Assembly (NCBI GenBank): GCA_013265495.1
Contig: MU058636.1
Span: forward strand, 248,001-312,000
DNA length: 64,000 nt
Source of the DNA: Vicugna vicugna
Lineage: Eukaryota
Direction of reading: 5' to 3'
Position 1 is the first letter of the stretch. Each line of letters opens with the position of its first letter. A program made the translations under genes and the position numbers. Below the pieces are notes generated by a model that was not told the origin of the DNA, did not search any database, and saw only the letters and a list, made by a program, of their open reading frames with translations. Below are positions 1 through 11,475 of this stretch, one piece after another.

Positions 1-119
1 CTATGCAGTCACTGTATTTGGTTGTACAACCTTTCCAACTTCATTTCTTGTTCATCGATGTGAAAACTCTTTCACTCCGGGGGCTAATCACCGAAATGAA
101 GAATTTCACAGGTAAAGGA

Positions 120-1170
120 AGAGCCTCCGAACACGCCGGGCCCTCTCCCCGCCGCCAGCCAGCTGCCAGGCGCCGCACGTCGCCCCGGCTCTGCTGTTCC
201 CGTGGCCGCTGCCCCCGGTGCGCCGGGCGGCCTGTCCCCGCTGCGTGTCCCTCACCTGCCACCTGATTTTGTGCGTGCTTTCACCACCGGACCGTTCTGC
301 CTCTTCCGCCTGGTCGGTCACGGCCGTCTGTCCACCCTCCGCTCTTGGCCCTTGTCTTCAGCGGCAGTGTTGAGGGAGGCGAGCGAGGAGCGTCTGTCTT
401 TCCTGTGTGTCTGTCTGGGTGTGGAGGGGAGTGGACACAGCCCTGAGCGGGAGGGCGTGCCGGGGAGGCCACGTGATCGCTGGCCGCGTGGCGTGTCTGC
501 CCGCGGCTTCAGCCTGCTGTGCCGGGGGTGTCCTTCCGCGCCTCCACCCCTCGATGGCGCTGCGTTGCTGGCTCTGCGGGGAGAGGCGCCTCAGCCGGCC
601 GGCCCGGCCCCCCGCCCCGCGCCTGTCCGCCCCAGCCGGGCGCGCTAGCCGCGCTCCGAGACTCCGGGCACCCTCGGTCCTCGCTGTCTCTTGTCGTCCC
701 CCCACCTCCCAGGTGCTGAGAATGGTGAGATCAATCACGTGCTCTCCACGTTTCCCGGAGGACACCTGTACAATCAGAATGACACGTGAGCAGGGCGATT
801 ACAACTGCAGCACAGGGAGCGCAGAGCCGGGGCAGCTGCGTGCGGTCGTGTGGGTCGTGTGAGGCTGAGGAAGATGCCGCCCGGAGTCACTGCCTGCCTG
901 GCTGTCCCCGGGCCCTTGCACGCAGAGGGGCATCTCGCCCAGTGTGGGACGTGCGATGAGGGAGGACTTCGCAAAGGAGGGACCTAAGCTGGTCTTAAGG
1001 GGTGAGTCCCCGGCGGGCAGAGCCCGCGCCCGGAGGAAGGACGCCGTGCCGGAAGGGGGCGCTGGTGCCCCGCGCTGCGCCCGCTGCTCGCCCGCCGCTT
1101 CCCCGCCGGAGCGCAGGCTCTCTGAAGGCCGGAGGGCTTTGATTTGGGAATCGCGCATGTAGGATACTCT
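120..1170. promoter_or_regulatory. CpG island, candidate alternative promoter upstream of exon 2
   Basis: Dense CpG and high GC; GC boxes near 600-630; CACGTG E-boxes at 470, 736 and 783. Confidence 0.6.
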
Positions 1171-1616
1171 CAGCTTGGGATGAGTGAGTGATCCCCTGTC
1201 TGGTCTGCCTTTAGGCTTGCCTGCCTGACTCACCGACTTCTTCTCCACGCGCCTGGCTCCAGGACGCTTGAATCTGTAGGCCTGGGACCTGGCAGATCTG
1301 GTTGGAGCCCTTAGTCCTGTCTCCGCCGCCACCAGGCTGCCCGTGCGTCTCTCTTTTAATGTGTGGGTTCTGGGAGTATATTTTTGTTTAAAGGGAAAAA
1401 AAATTAACCAGATCCTAAGGAGGATAAACGACTCAGTCAATCCATATTTGTCTGTTTTAGGAAACTCCTTGCCTTGAAACCTCTCCTCCAATTATTTATA
1501 ATGTGAGCTGTACAGGAGACTCTCAGAGTAACAGAGAAAATGTCAGCTTGTGGACGCCGAGCTAATTGCCTGGCTGCTCTTCGCCCGTTTTCATTACGTC
1601 CAGGGTGAGCAGGCTT

Positions 1617-1626
1617 GTCACGTGAC
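1617..1626. promoter_or_regulatory. Perfect GTCACGTGAC palindrome (USF/TFE-family CLEAR-type E-box)
   Basis: Exact 10-bp palindrome next to the CpG island; binding not shown. Confidence 0.35.
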
Positions 1627-4600
1627 TGTCCCAGGGGTCACGGGGGTGAACGCAGGTGGCACGGGCTTAGACAAGGCCCAACGAGAGACAGCTGTGCTTT
1701 CTATTGGAATTATTTATGATCTCATGACTGGACAGAGACAGCCGCTCTGGCAACCCTGAATTGGTGGAGGGGCTGGGGGTCCGGGTGGCCCCATCTGTGT
1801 CTCCTTGGCACAGCACTGCCTTTGTGATGATTTTTCCACATTTGAGACTTTCTCACTTCTCTGTCTGAGAAGAAACGTGATCCACAAAATGTCACGTCAA
1901 CAAGAAAGTCAGGAGATGCCGTCACGCTGGAAAAGTGTATTTTGTGTATCCGAGGGTCTGGGAACCAAGGTGAACGAGTTGGCCCCTGTGTTGGTTTGTT
2001 CAAATCTGCGCATAATTTTGGAGGTTCCATGGAGACTGTTAGTGGAAGTTAGGTGTCATGTGTACTTGTCACCACAGGTCCCAGGACCCTGACAGGCTGA
2101 TTGCAGGTGGATCTGGGCGGTGGCTGCAGCCCACACACATGTCTTTCTATTGGATGTGGCCTTCGGCTTCCGGGCACCCAGGACCTCCCCCACCCCAACC
2201 TGGGCAGTGGCTGGAAGAAACCCCAGGAGGAGCACAGAGCGTCTTCAGTTACGCCTTTCAGGAAGAGCAGGGACAGGCCAGCTGGGCTCTGGTTTATAAG
2301 GGGACCTGGTAGATGGGTGTGTCTCTCCCTTTGGTCACATTTATGACAGGCATTGGGGAGCTGGACTGAGCATTTTTGACGCGGAAGCAGAGACACCTCA
2401 GCAGGTTTTAAAGGGTGATCTGGACTCCAGAAGAGCATCGTCAGCCGTACATGAGGAAGCTCGCCTTGTTTCTGACCTTCAGGGCGTAGGGAGGAGGGGC
2501 TTGAGAGGGAAGATGCCAGTATGACAAGAAGCATCTTCGTTTTTCTCTCTGTGGGGAAAGTTTCCCCAGTCAGAGAGGGGCGCTGTGTGGGATCCCTGAG
2601 GACGGAACTGAGGGATGAGAGGTTTCATTTTCCTGAGTGGCCCACGTACCTCTAATGCGGTCTGCGAGCTGATTTTTCCAGGGGCGGGTCCTGCAAGGCT
2701 GCAGGTGGATGGCGGATGTGGGCAGGCCGGGTGCAGGGATGACAGGTGATGTGGTTCGGGCAGAGGGAACCCAGGTGAGGAGGAGCCCACCTGGGGACAC
2801 GAATGCCCATGGATAAAGCCAAGCCAGACCCGTCACAGGCTGTGGCCACAAATGCCAGCAGGGAGACCAGGGGCATCGCTCTGTAGACCAGAGAAGGCAG
2901 AAGACATCTTTGCCCAAGGGTCAAGGCTCTTCCCACCCACCCCTGCCCTCCATCCTCCCAGGGCCCCTCTGAGGGAGGGAAGAAGAGGAGGAAGTCCTGG
3001 AGCCAGAGCATCTCTATTCGGGAGAGACTTAACACCGCTTGCGTGGACTTTTAAAATGGTAAAATTAGGATGAGGTCCAAATCAGACTGGATGCTCCCCA
3101 CTCCTTCTTTCCCCCTATTCTCTTTCGGGTGGTACCTTAGGGTCGCTCCTTGAATGTACTCTACCACATTTTTCTGTGTCCACTGAAGACAGGGCGTGAA
3201 CTTTCATGGCTGCGTCCACTCTGATTGTTGGACACGTTTATAGAGGAGCTTCCATGTCCATGCACTGGGGACGTGGAGGTGACTAAGACGGCCCTGACCT
3301 TGTGGACTTATGGCTGGCGCTGGAAGACAGAAAATGAAGAGATGAATTGCTTAAGTGCAGTGAAGGAAATAACACGGCATTAGGGAATAACTAAGCTGGG
3401 CAGTGTGGCAGGGATGGCGGTCAGGGAGCGCTTCTGTGTGGAAGTGAAGTTTAAGCAGAGGCCTGAGTGATGGGAAGGAGTTAGCAAAGCCACACTGGGG
3501 AAACAGAATTCTGGGTGGGGGGAAAGGCAGGTACCAGGCTCTGGAGGGAACAGCGTTGACGTCTCTGGGAGTGGGGAGAAGACTGCTTTTGGGGGATCTC
3601 CCCGAGCAAGGGAGAGGTGTCAGGAAGGATGCTGGAGAGGTGGGCTGGTGGCGGGGCCACGTGCAGTGAACCTGTACACCTTTGACCAAGGTCTTGTGGG
3701 TCTTCAAAATGCCTGGGACAAGCATACTGCAACTGCCCCTCTCCTGGGATTAACTAACTGCTCGAAGGCTGCGTTCACGCCTGCTGACTTGGCCGTGGGG
3801 TCTGAAGGTCCGTGCGCCTAATCTGAGCCTGGTTTTGAGGTCCAAGCAGCAGTGGGAGTATCCATTCCAGGAACAGAGGCAGTAGCTACAGAAAATGCAG
3901 TGGGCTTCCACTGATGCCTCCGCCAGCCCAGCCCCTGGAGAAGAATCCTCTGCATCGAGTATCTGAAACGCGGCTTTTCTTTTTGCTGTTGCTGTTTTTA
4001 TCTATTAAATACCTTTCCTTAAATCACATCCGTCGTCACGTAATTTACACGGTGAGTGTTTATACATCTAAGGTATAAAATGGGTTGCAGGGAACAGAGC
4101 CCAGTTTGTGCTTCCTGGAAACTGGGCTTCAGGTGGCCGCGGCTCACTGCTCGTCCCCCAGCGGGAGCCATGAGGCTGTGAATAAAGAAAGCGTCCCTGG
4201 TCTGTCTCTGCTCACGTGGTGCTATTTTTGGAACGCTCTGTGCCTTCTCCGCAGGACCGAATCACAGCCATTCTCACAAGCCTAGTCAAACTCTTTCTTA
4301 ATGAAATTGCCCTGTGTTTTGGGCCCTAAGACTGGCAGTCATCTACATGCTCTGAATTCCCAGATTCTTTGTTCTCTCTTGTTTCTGTTGCCTCTGCTAA
4401 CGAGTCAGCTTCTGCCTTACACTGTGTGTCTTTTCCCTTCCCGCCGCCTTCATCTGGGGGGCGCCCAGTCACTTTGGATGAGTGGCACCCCACAATATTT
4501 TGAATCAGAATTAGTCAATGGCCTGTTACATCCCTCCCCATCCTCCTTCCCTGGAAAAAAAGAAAAGAGAACCCAGTAAGTATGCACAGTAATAACAGCT

Positions 4601-4931
4601 CCCGCCCATCGGTGTCTCTTTCCCTCTGTGTTTTTATTCCTTTAAATTCTCGAGTAGAAATGGATCACAGATGCTGTATTTGGAAAGATGTGTTTGTGCA
4701 AAGCAGGGTCCAGAAAAAGGCCTCAAAAGTGTGTCTGCCAAGGTGAGAATAATCACATTTTGCCTTTGCACAGCGTTTCCATTATGTTTATTTGATTAGG
4801 ACTGATAATCAGGTCGGGTTCTTCCCCAGCCTCCGGGCTGCTCTGTATGCGACCTGAAGGATTCGGAGACATCTTTGTGAACATGGGGTAGAGGCCAGAG
4901 CTGAGGTTGAAACTCTTCAGGAAGGGGAGTG

Positions 4932-5103
4932 GGCATGCCTCTGTGTGCACGTGTGCATGCATGCATGTGTGTACGTCCACGTGTGTGCCCATGTGTGCGC
5001 GTGTGTCCACATGCACGTGTGTGTGTGGGCCCCACGTGTGTGCACCCATGTCTGTGCGTGTTTGCCCAACGTGTGTGGGTATGTGTGTGTGCTTGCACAT
5101 GAC
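4932..5103. repeat. Imperfect alternating purine-pyrimidine (TG/CA/CG) tract
   Basis: gtgtgcacgtgtgcatgcatgcatgtgtgtacg... Confidence 0.85.
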
Positions 5104-5429
5104 TTGTTGCAAGGCCCTGTTCTGGAAATTTTTCCAGAGGCAAAGAAATAAAAAAAATTTTCATAATTTTCAAGTACATAAAAAATGAGGAAAATGACAT
5201 AACCAACTTTTAACTCATGTAACAGAAGCTGGAACACCAGGAATTTTCTGTCGTATCTTATTGCTGCAGAAGAAGTTCAGTCTCATTTTCCCTTGAGGTG
5301 GGGGTGGGGATACAGTCAGCTACCTGTGAATGAACTTGGTTTATATGAAGGCAAAATCTGGCCTGTGAAGGGGGAGTGGTATATCACATTTTTACGACTT
5401 CTGTGTTAAAAAAAAAAAATGAGGCTGAG

Positions 5430-5500
5430 GCCACATGTGGCCCAAGGCCTAAAATATTTACTGCCTGACCCTTTGCAGAAAAAGTTTGCCAGCCCTTGAT
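5430..5500. mobile_element. MER58-like fragment
   Basis: gcctaaaatatttactgcctgaccctttgcagaaaaagtttgccagccc. Confidence 0.6.
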
Positions 5501-5659
5501 TTATGTAATCGATTTCTGTTTTCCGGATTAAGGGACCAGGGCTCAAGTGGCCTGAGCTCACAGGGCGGCCTGTCCCAGTGGAAGGAGAACTGGGTTCAAG
5601 TTTCTGCAGATTTGGCTTCTAACCCCAGCTTTCATTTGACCTAATATACTTTTATGATT

Positions 5660-6008
5660 TCTTTTATTGAAGGGTAGTTGGTTTACAATGTTGTGTTAGT
5701 TTTAGGTGTACAGCATAATGATTCAATTATGCATACATATAATATATTCCTTTTCATATTCTTTTCCAGTATAGGCCGTTACAGAATATTGAATATAGTT
5801 CCCTGTGCTCTACAGTAGGATCTTTTATCTATTTTATATACAGTAGTTTGTATCTGCAAATCCTGAACTCCCAGTTTATCCCTTCACCCAGCCCCTCTCC
5901 CCTCTGGTAACCGTAAATTCGTTTTCTATGCCTGTGAGTCTGTGTATGTTTTGTAAGAAAGTCCATTTGTGTCATTTTTTTTAGATTTCACATATACATG
6001 ATGTCATA
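5660..6008 (-). mobile_element. LINE-1 3' end fragment
   Basis: Homologous to the L1 3' ends at 11.0, 41.1, 46.0 and 57.9 kb (atagttccctgtgct...tttgtatctgcaaatcc). Confidence 0.85.
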
Positions 6009-6084
6009 CTTCTGTGATCATTAATAAACTTTCCCTTTTGACTCTGTCATCCTGGAGTTCACAGAGTAATGTCAGCGATGCGAT

Positions 6085-6490
6085 TCTGATACTAACTACC
6101 CAGAGTGAGTCAGACTTCACAGACTGAGGACACAATTCTCTGTAAGTCTGTCCTGACTCCAGACACCAGTGGAAAGGTCTGGGGTCCCCAGGAAACCAGC
6201 CCTTCTGAGCACCTGGCTTCAAATCCCGACTTCTCTCTTCCCCCTCAGTTTCAGTAATAAGCTAGAATAATGTAGAGCGCTCACGAGAGAGTGCTGTACT
6301 CGTGATTATAGCTTGATCAGAAAGGACACAAATCAGGACCAGCCAAAAGAGACAGAGCGATGTTGAGGAGGGTCCCCGTGGGACGCATCCATGGCCTCAG
6401 GACAGCTCACCTGAGCTTTAGTGTCCATCGTTTTGTTGGGGGCCTCATTACACAGGTGCTGGTAATTGGCCACATGATTGAACTCTGACT
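6085..6490 (-). mobile_element. MER21-like LTR fragment
   Basis: Resembles recalled MER21 consensus (aactacccagagt..tcagacttcacag...attggccacatgattgaact). Confidence 0.55.
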
Positions 6491-6762
6491 GGAGACACCT
6501 TTCTACCTGCGAAACTTACCTGCGTGCAGGTCACCATGGTTACACTGGTTAATGTTTTTGAGAGTGCGACCCAGATCTTTGGGTTTTGGGTTCTCAGCAG
6601 CATCTCAAAGGGATTCTCAACTCTGGCTGTCCATTCCTATCACTTAAGGAGCTTTGAAAACAAAAGAAAAGAGACAAAGGAGTCAGAATCTGTGAAGATT
6701 TGGCCCAAGAGCTGGTTAATTTTGAGAGCGCCCTGGTGATGGTGAGGTACAGCCAGAGGGAA

Positions 6763-6777
6763 TGCCACCTGGCGGTG
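6763..6777 (-). promoter_or_regulatory. Candidate CTCF site
   Basis: Minus strand reads CACCGCCAGGTGGCA, matching the CTCF core CCRSYAGRKGGCR. Confidence 0.45.
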
Positions 6778-8079
6778 AACTGTTTTATCCACAGCGGTGT
6801 CTGGAGTCCGAGCTCTCCATGCAATTCTCCATGCTCTGCCTGGGGAATTCAAAGCGGCCCTTTCTAAGACTTAAGTAAAAATAACTCAATTCAGGCAGCA
6901 AAGATGAGTGCCCAGCAGGTACCAGGCACCGTCCTGGGCGCTGAGGTCACTGCAGAGGACCGAACATGTCTCTGCTGTCCTGGTGCTTCTGGTCTTGGCC
7001 ATGGGAAGACAGCCCATAAATAAATAATGTCAGGTAATGATGATAAAGGCTGTGGAGGAGAACAAAGTGGGGTGAGTGGGCAGAGAGGAGAGCAGCACTT
7101 TCACATAGGCTGTTTCAAAAATATTCCTTGTCTGCCTTGAAATTAGCAAATGCTTTAAAATTCAGCCTCTGAAGTCCTGCCCGAGCTCCCCAGCCTGGAA
7201 GTAGGAAGTGCTGCTCTCTGCTGCCCCTGGTGGATGAGCGGAGGAGAGCAGAGGACCACAGAATGGGGGGCAGGAGGAGAGGTTCTGAGGCTGGGGTCCT
7301 TCCTGTACAGAGACACGCCTGACCTGTGACCAAGGACTGGCTATAAGTACCTGTCATGAAAGCATGTTAGCTCTCAATAACCAGTTTTAAATTTTGGTTG
7401 TCCACCTCTTAAGATGAGGATTATAATAGGATTCCAACCACTTAAAAGATGATGTAAATAGCCAAAACTTTCTCTTTCAAAATGTTTCTCATAGGTTGCA
7501 TTCTTTGTAGCTATGAAGTGGCTGTTTACTGAAATGAAATGTCCTTTTCTTAAGTAACATGCAACACCATTTCTTTTATAGATGGAAAATGCGGCAGGTA
7601 TTAGAGCAGATGCAATTTAGGGAAAACTAGAGAAGTCTCCATCATCTTTAGGGCAACTTTCTTTCCTGTGAGCCTGGACTTAAGGCGTCCCTCCCTGACG
7701 GCCACTTCTTGAGGTGGGTCGCCCTGTCCCACCAGAGACCCTGCCTTGTGTTTGGAGACGTGGGTGTGCGTGCAGCAATTGCAGTATTAGACGTGTCATC
7801 GTTTGGCAACGCTGCCACCTCTTCAGGTGAAGGTTAGGCGGCGTCTGCGCTCCAGAGAGGCTTGACTATAGGACTGAAATCACATCTTCAGGAGGCGGGC
7901 TTGCTTGGGTCCTAACCACCGGAGCAGTACCTAGAGCAATGGATGAAGGCTCACGCGTGCGTCCAGGAGCTGGGGTGGGCAGGGCGACTGCGCTCGAGTC
8001 TGTTGAGGTTTAACGGGGAGCCAGCCTTCGGCACTGAGGTTGGGCACTTTCATTTTGGAGCACAGAGGTGTGCTTCCGC

Positions 8080-8603
8080 CCTCTTCTGCGGCGGCGGCGG
8101 CGGCCCAACGCAGGGCACACCCCCTTGCTGTCATCTCTCTGTTCCTAAGCACAAAGAAGCCGAGCAAGCCTAGCTCCAGAAGTCAGTCCCTGGGCCTGGA
8201 GGAGGGGCTCGCCCAGGGGAGGGGAGCTCTGGCCTCTGCTCCCCGCAGCCCCTCTGTCCGTGTGGCCCTGCCTCCAGCGGTGCGCGCTCCCCATCCCCGC
8301 GGGGCCTGCGTCCCCGCGCTGCGGCCAGGCCCGCTGGGGCGGGGGAGGGGCGGGGGTGCGGGAGGGGCCGAGTCTCCCACCCGCGAGAGAGGCTCCTCAA
8401 CGCCGGGGACCGGGGCGGGGCGGGGCGGGGCGGGGCCGGGCCGGGCGAGCTGCGCGGTCTCCTGGGGCTGCCGGAGTACAGAGGCGGCCGCGTCGCTCCG
8501 AGCATCCTTTCCAGCTGGTCCCCGCCCGCCAGCTCGCCGGTGCTGCTGCCTCGGCTCAGCGTGACTTCTTTGTGTTTTGCTTTCTGCCCGCGCCTCTCTG
8601 CAG
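8080..8603 (+). promoter_or_regulatory. CpG island / GC-box promoter abutting exon 2
   Basis: (GGGGC)5 at 8412-8436 (tandem Sp/KLF boxes), dense CpG, no TATA seen. Confidence 0.7.
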
Positions 8604-8748
8604 GACCTGTTCGTCCTTCTTCGGGCTACAAGAAGGCAGATGATGAGATGTCCCGGGCCACGTCTGTTGGAGACCAGCTGGACGCACCAACCCGCACCAT
8701 TTACCTCAACCAAGCGCATCTCAACAAATTCCGTGACAACCAGATCAG
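8604..8748 (+). CDS. ATP8A2: ATP8A2 exon 2 (145 nt): (G)[47 protein letters not shown](S); internal ATG 8648
   Basis: ctgcag|GA acceptor, AG|gtagga donor; phase 1 in, phase 2 out. Confidence 0.95.
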
Positions 8749-9264
8749 GTAGGAGACGGCGACAGACACAGGAAGCAGTTGATTCCAGCTGGCCCGGGGC
8801 TTGGCTTCCTCTTGTTGTCTTTTCCACGCATCTAGCAGCCTCTGCCCCTCTCTGCTTCCTCCAGCCCCTTCCACTCCCCTTCCCCTGAAGCCTGGACGTC
8901 TGTCTACACCCGCGTTTCCAATCCGGTCGTGGGAATAGAGCCTTATCTTTCCTGCTTTGCTTTGGTCCTGTGCTCGGGCTGTCTGTGAGCCCAGAGGACG
9001 TTTTTACTCTTTTGTCTCCGGCAAAAATGAGGTCTGTTAGCGTTCATCCCTGAGCTCCCTCCAGGAATTCCCCCCTTTCCAGTCCTGTTTTAAGCCAACG
9101 GATAGCCTTCCGCAGCGATTTACCGACTGTATGTGGAGAAGTGCTCTGTAACGGAATCCGTCGGGTCACAAGAGCTTCAATTCAGCTCTCAACGCCCGGG
9201 TCGTTTGTTCAGAGGGCTTTATTTGCTGGGAAGCTTTGCCCAGAGTTAGCGGGAAGATGATGGA

Positions 9265-9490
9265 AGCTAACGTTTGCATGTCTGCTTCCTGCCGGCCGCT
9301 GTGCCGGGTGCTTTAGCCGCACTGGCTTTGTAAATCCCCGCCACCTCGCGAAGAAGGCGTTCTTACCTTTGGGTGAGGAGGCTGCCGTGGAAAGGTGTTA
9401 AATAATGTACCTGTGGTCCCTGAGCTATAAATGACCAGGCTGGAAATGGAACCCAGCCTGTCTGACTGCTGAGCTCCAGTTCTTTCTACT
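9265..9490. mobile_element. MIR remnant
   Basis: agctaacgttt...gtgctttag...gaggaggctg...ggtgttaaataatgtacc...gaacccagcctgtctgact. Confidence 0.55.
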
Positions 9491-10029
9491 GCGTAAAGCT
9501 AGCTTTTTCGGGCACGGGAGTTTGCACGTTTTCAGATGTCATTAAACTTTCAGGCTTAGACAACATTATCTCTGGGAGTGACTTCAGAGGAGGTAGTTGT
9601 GTGAGTGGCTCAGAATGCCACACTCAGGCGTAGAGAGGGTAAGTCAGGTTACACATAGATTACTGACAAACCTAAATTCCAGTCCTGGGCTCCTTGAAAG
9701 CTCTGGCTAAAGCTTTGTTATGTGTTAAGTGTTCCCCTGCAGTCTTTCACTGGATAGGCTGCTTCACTGGACGTCTTTATTTAGAAAGATGTGGCTGTTG
9801 GACATTATTGTAGCTGGGTAGGATTTGGGGTCGAATAATGGTGCATACTCTGCCGAGGTGACACTTCCATTTATTAAGAGTGTTAGATTATCCTGGCTTT
9901 ATTTGGGGTTTTAAGAATGACCCTTGGGGCATCTTTTATACTTAAAAGTATAACTTAGAAGAATAGCTGAGGCCAGATTCAAGAATGAGTGGCTTGATTT
10001 AAGATACAGAGCACCAAACACAGTGAGGT

Positions 10030-10630
10030 AGTGCTTCACACACTAAGGTAGCTCTGATGGAAAGAACAGCGACAAGTGCTGGCGAGGATGTGGAGAAATG
10101 GGAACCCTTGTGTGTCACTGATGGGAATGAGAAATGGTGCAGCTGCTTTGGAAAACAGCTTGGCAGTTCCTTAAAAGGTTAGATGTAAAGTCACGTAGGA
10201 CCCAGCCATTCTACTCCAAGGGGTATATACCCAAGAGGAATGAAGACATGTGTCCACATAGGAGCTGGTGCAGGTGTCCGTGACCACGTTATCATCATAG
10301 CCCAAGGTGAAAAGAGTCCAGATGTCTTTCAACTGACAAATGAATACAGAAAATATGATACAGCCCTACAATGGAATATTATTTGGCCATAAAAAGGAGT
10401 GGAATAATACAACATGGACTAACCTTGAAAATGTTATGCTGATAGGAAGAAGCCAGGAACAGATTTCATGTGTGATTCCATTTATACAAGCTATCCAGAA
10501 GAGACAAATGTATTGAGAGAGAAGATAATGAGTGGCTCCTGGGGCTGGAGAAGAGGTTGGGGAAAGGGGAGTGGCTCTAATGTGCATGGGGTTTCACCTT
10601 GGGGTGATGGAGACACAACTCTGAAATGTA
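10030..10630 (+). mobile_element. Old LINE-1 (L1M) 3' region
   Basis: acaagtgctggcgaggatgtggagaaa...ggaaaacag...aatggaatattatt typical of L1 3' sequence. Confidence 0.8.
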
Positions 10631-10999
10631 CTTAGACCATCTGGAATCCTGCCCTGACGATATAGATCCATTTCCTTAGACCTTCTCATTGAGTTTCTTT
10701 TAAAAAGGTAAAAAGATTTATTTTTGAAAAGATACATACTGTATAAGGATATGGAATTGAAGAGTTACTCTTCTTTTTAAACTTTAAGATATTTTCAAAT
10801 AGTATTTTTTCTTAGTTCTTATTCATTTTCTTAATTTTGATTTGCATTTGTGCAGGCTTGAAGCTGGAAGAAGGAAATAGGGGTCGTTGGGTTTTGTCTA
10901 AATTCTTTAGTTTCCATGGAAGGGGAAGGTTTTTTTTTTTTTTAAAGTCTTGGTAATGGGACCTCACAATCTGTTCTCTAATCAAGACTCACATTGGCT

Positions 11000-11475
11000 T
11001 TTTAAATTGAATTGTAGTTGATTTGTGTTAGTTTCTGGTGTACAGTATGGTGGTTCAGTTATACATATATATAATTCTTTTTCGTATTCTTTTTCATTGT
11101 AGGCTATTACAGCTATTGAATGTGGTTCCCTGTGCTGTACAGTAGGACCTTGTTGTTTATCTATTTTGTATATAGTAGTTTGTATCTGCAAATCCCAAAC
11201 TCCTAATTTATCCCTCCCCCCTGCCTTTCCCTCCTGGTAATCATAAGTTTGTCTTCTGTGTTTGTGAGTCTGTTTCCATTTTGTAAATAAGTTCACTTGT
11301 GTCTTTTTTTTAGATTTCACATATAAGCGACATCATATGATAATTGTCTCTGACTAACTTCATGTAGTATGACCATCACCAGGTCCATCCACATTGCTGC
11401 AAACGGCAATGTCTCATCCTTTATTATGGCCGAGTAGTACTCCATTGCATATGCACACCACAGCTTCTTTATCCG
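11000..11475 (-). mobile_element. 5'-truncated LINE-1
   Basis: L1 3' end; TSD agactcaca(t/c)tg(g/a)ct at 10985-10999 and 11476-11490. Confidence 0.88.

Noticed and set aside
361..880. ZFP57 hexamers (TGCCGC at 875, reverse at 361) suggesting an imprinted DMR
   Set aside because: Two hits in 1 kb of GC-rich DNA is within chance
799..1491. 230-aa minus-strand ORF and other long ORFs over the CpG islands (e.g. 8183..8827, 8040..8564)
   Set aside because: Non-ATG starts or low-complexity Arg/Pro/Gly/Ala content expected in GC-rich DNA; no recognisable domain
6973..6990. RE1/NRSE-like GCTGTCC-TGGTGCT
   Set aside because: One base short of the canonical half-site spacing, the flanks mismatch, and it lies in an L2-like remnant
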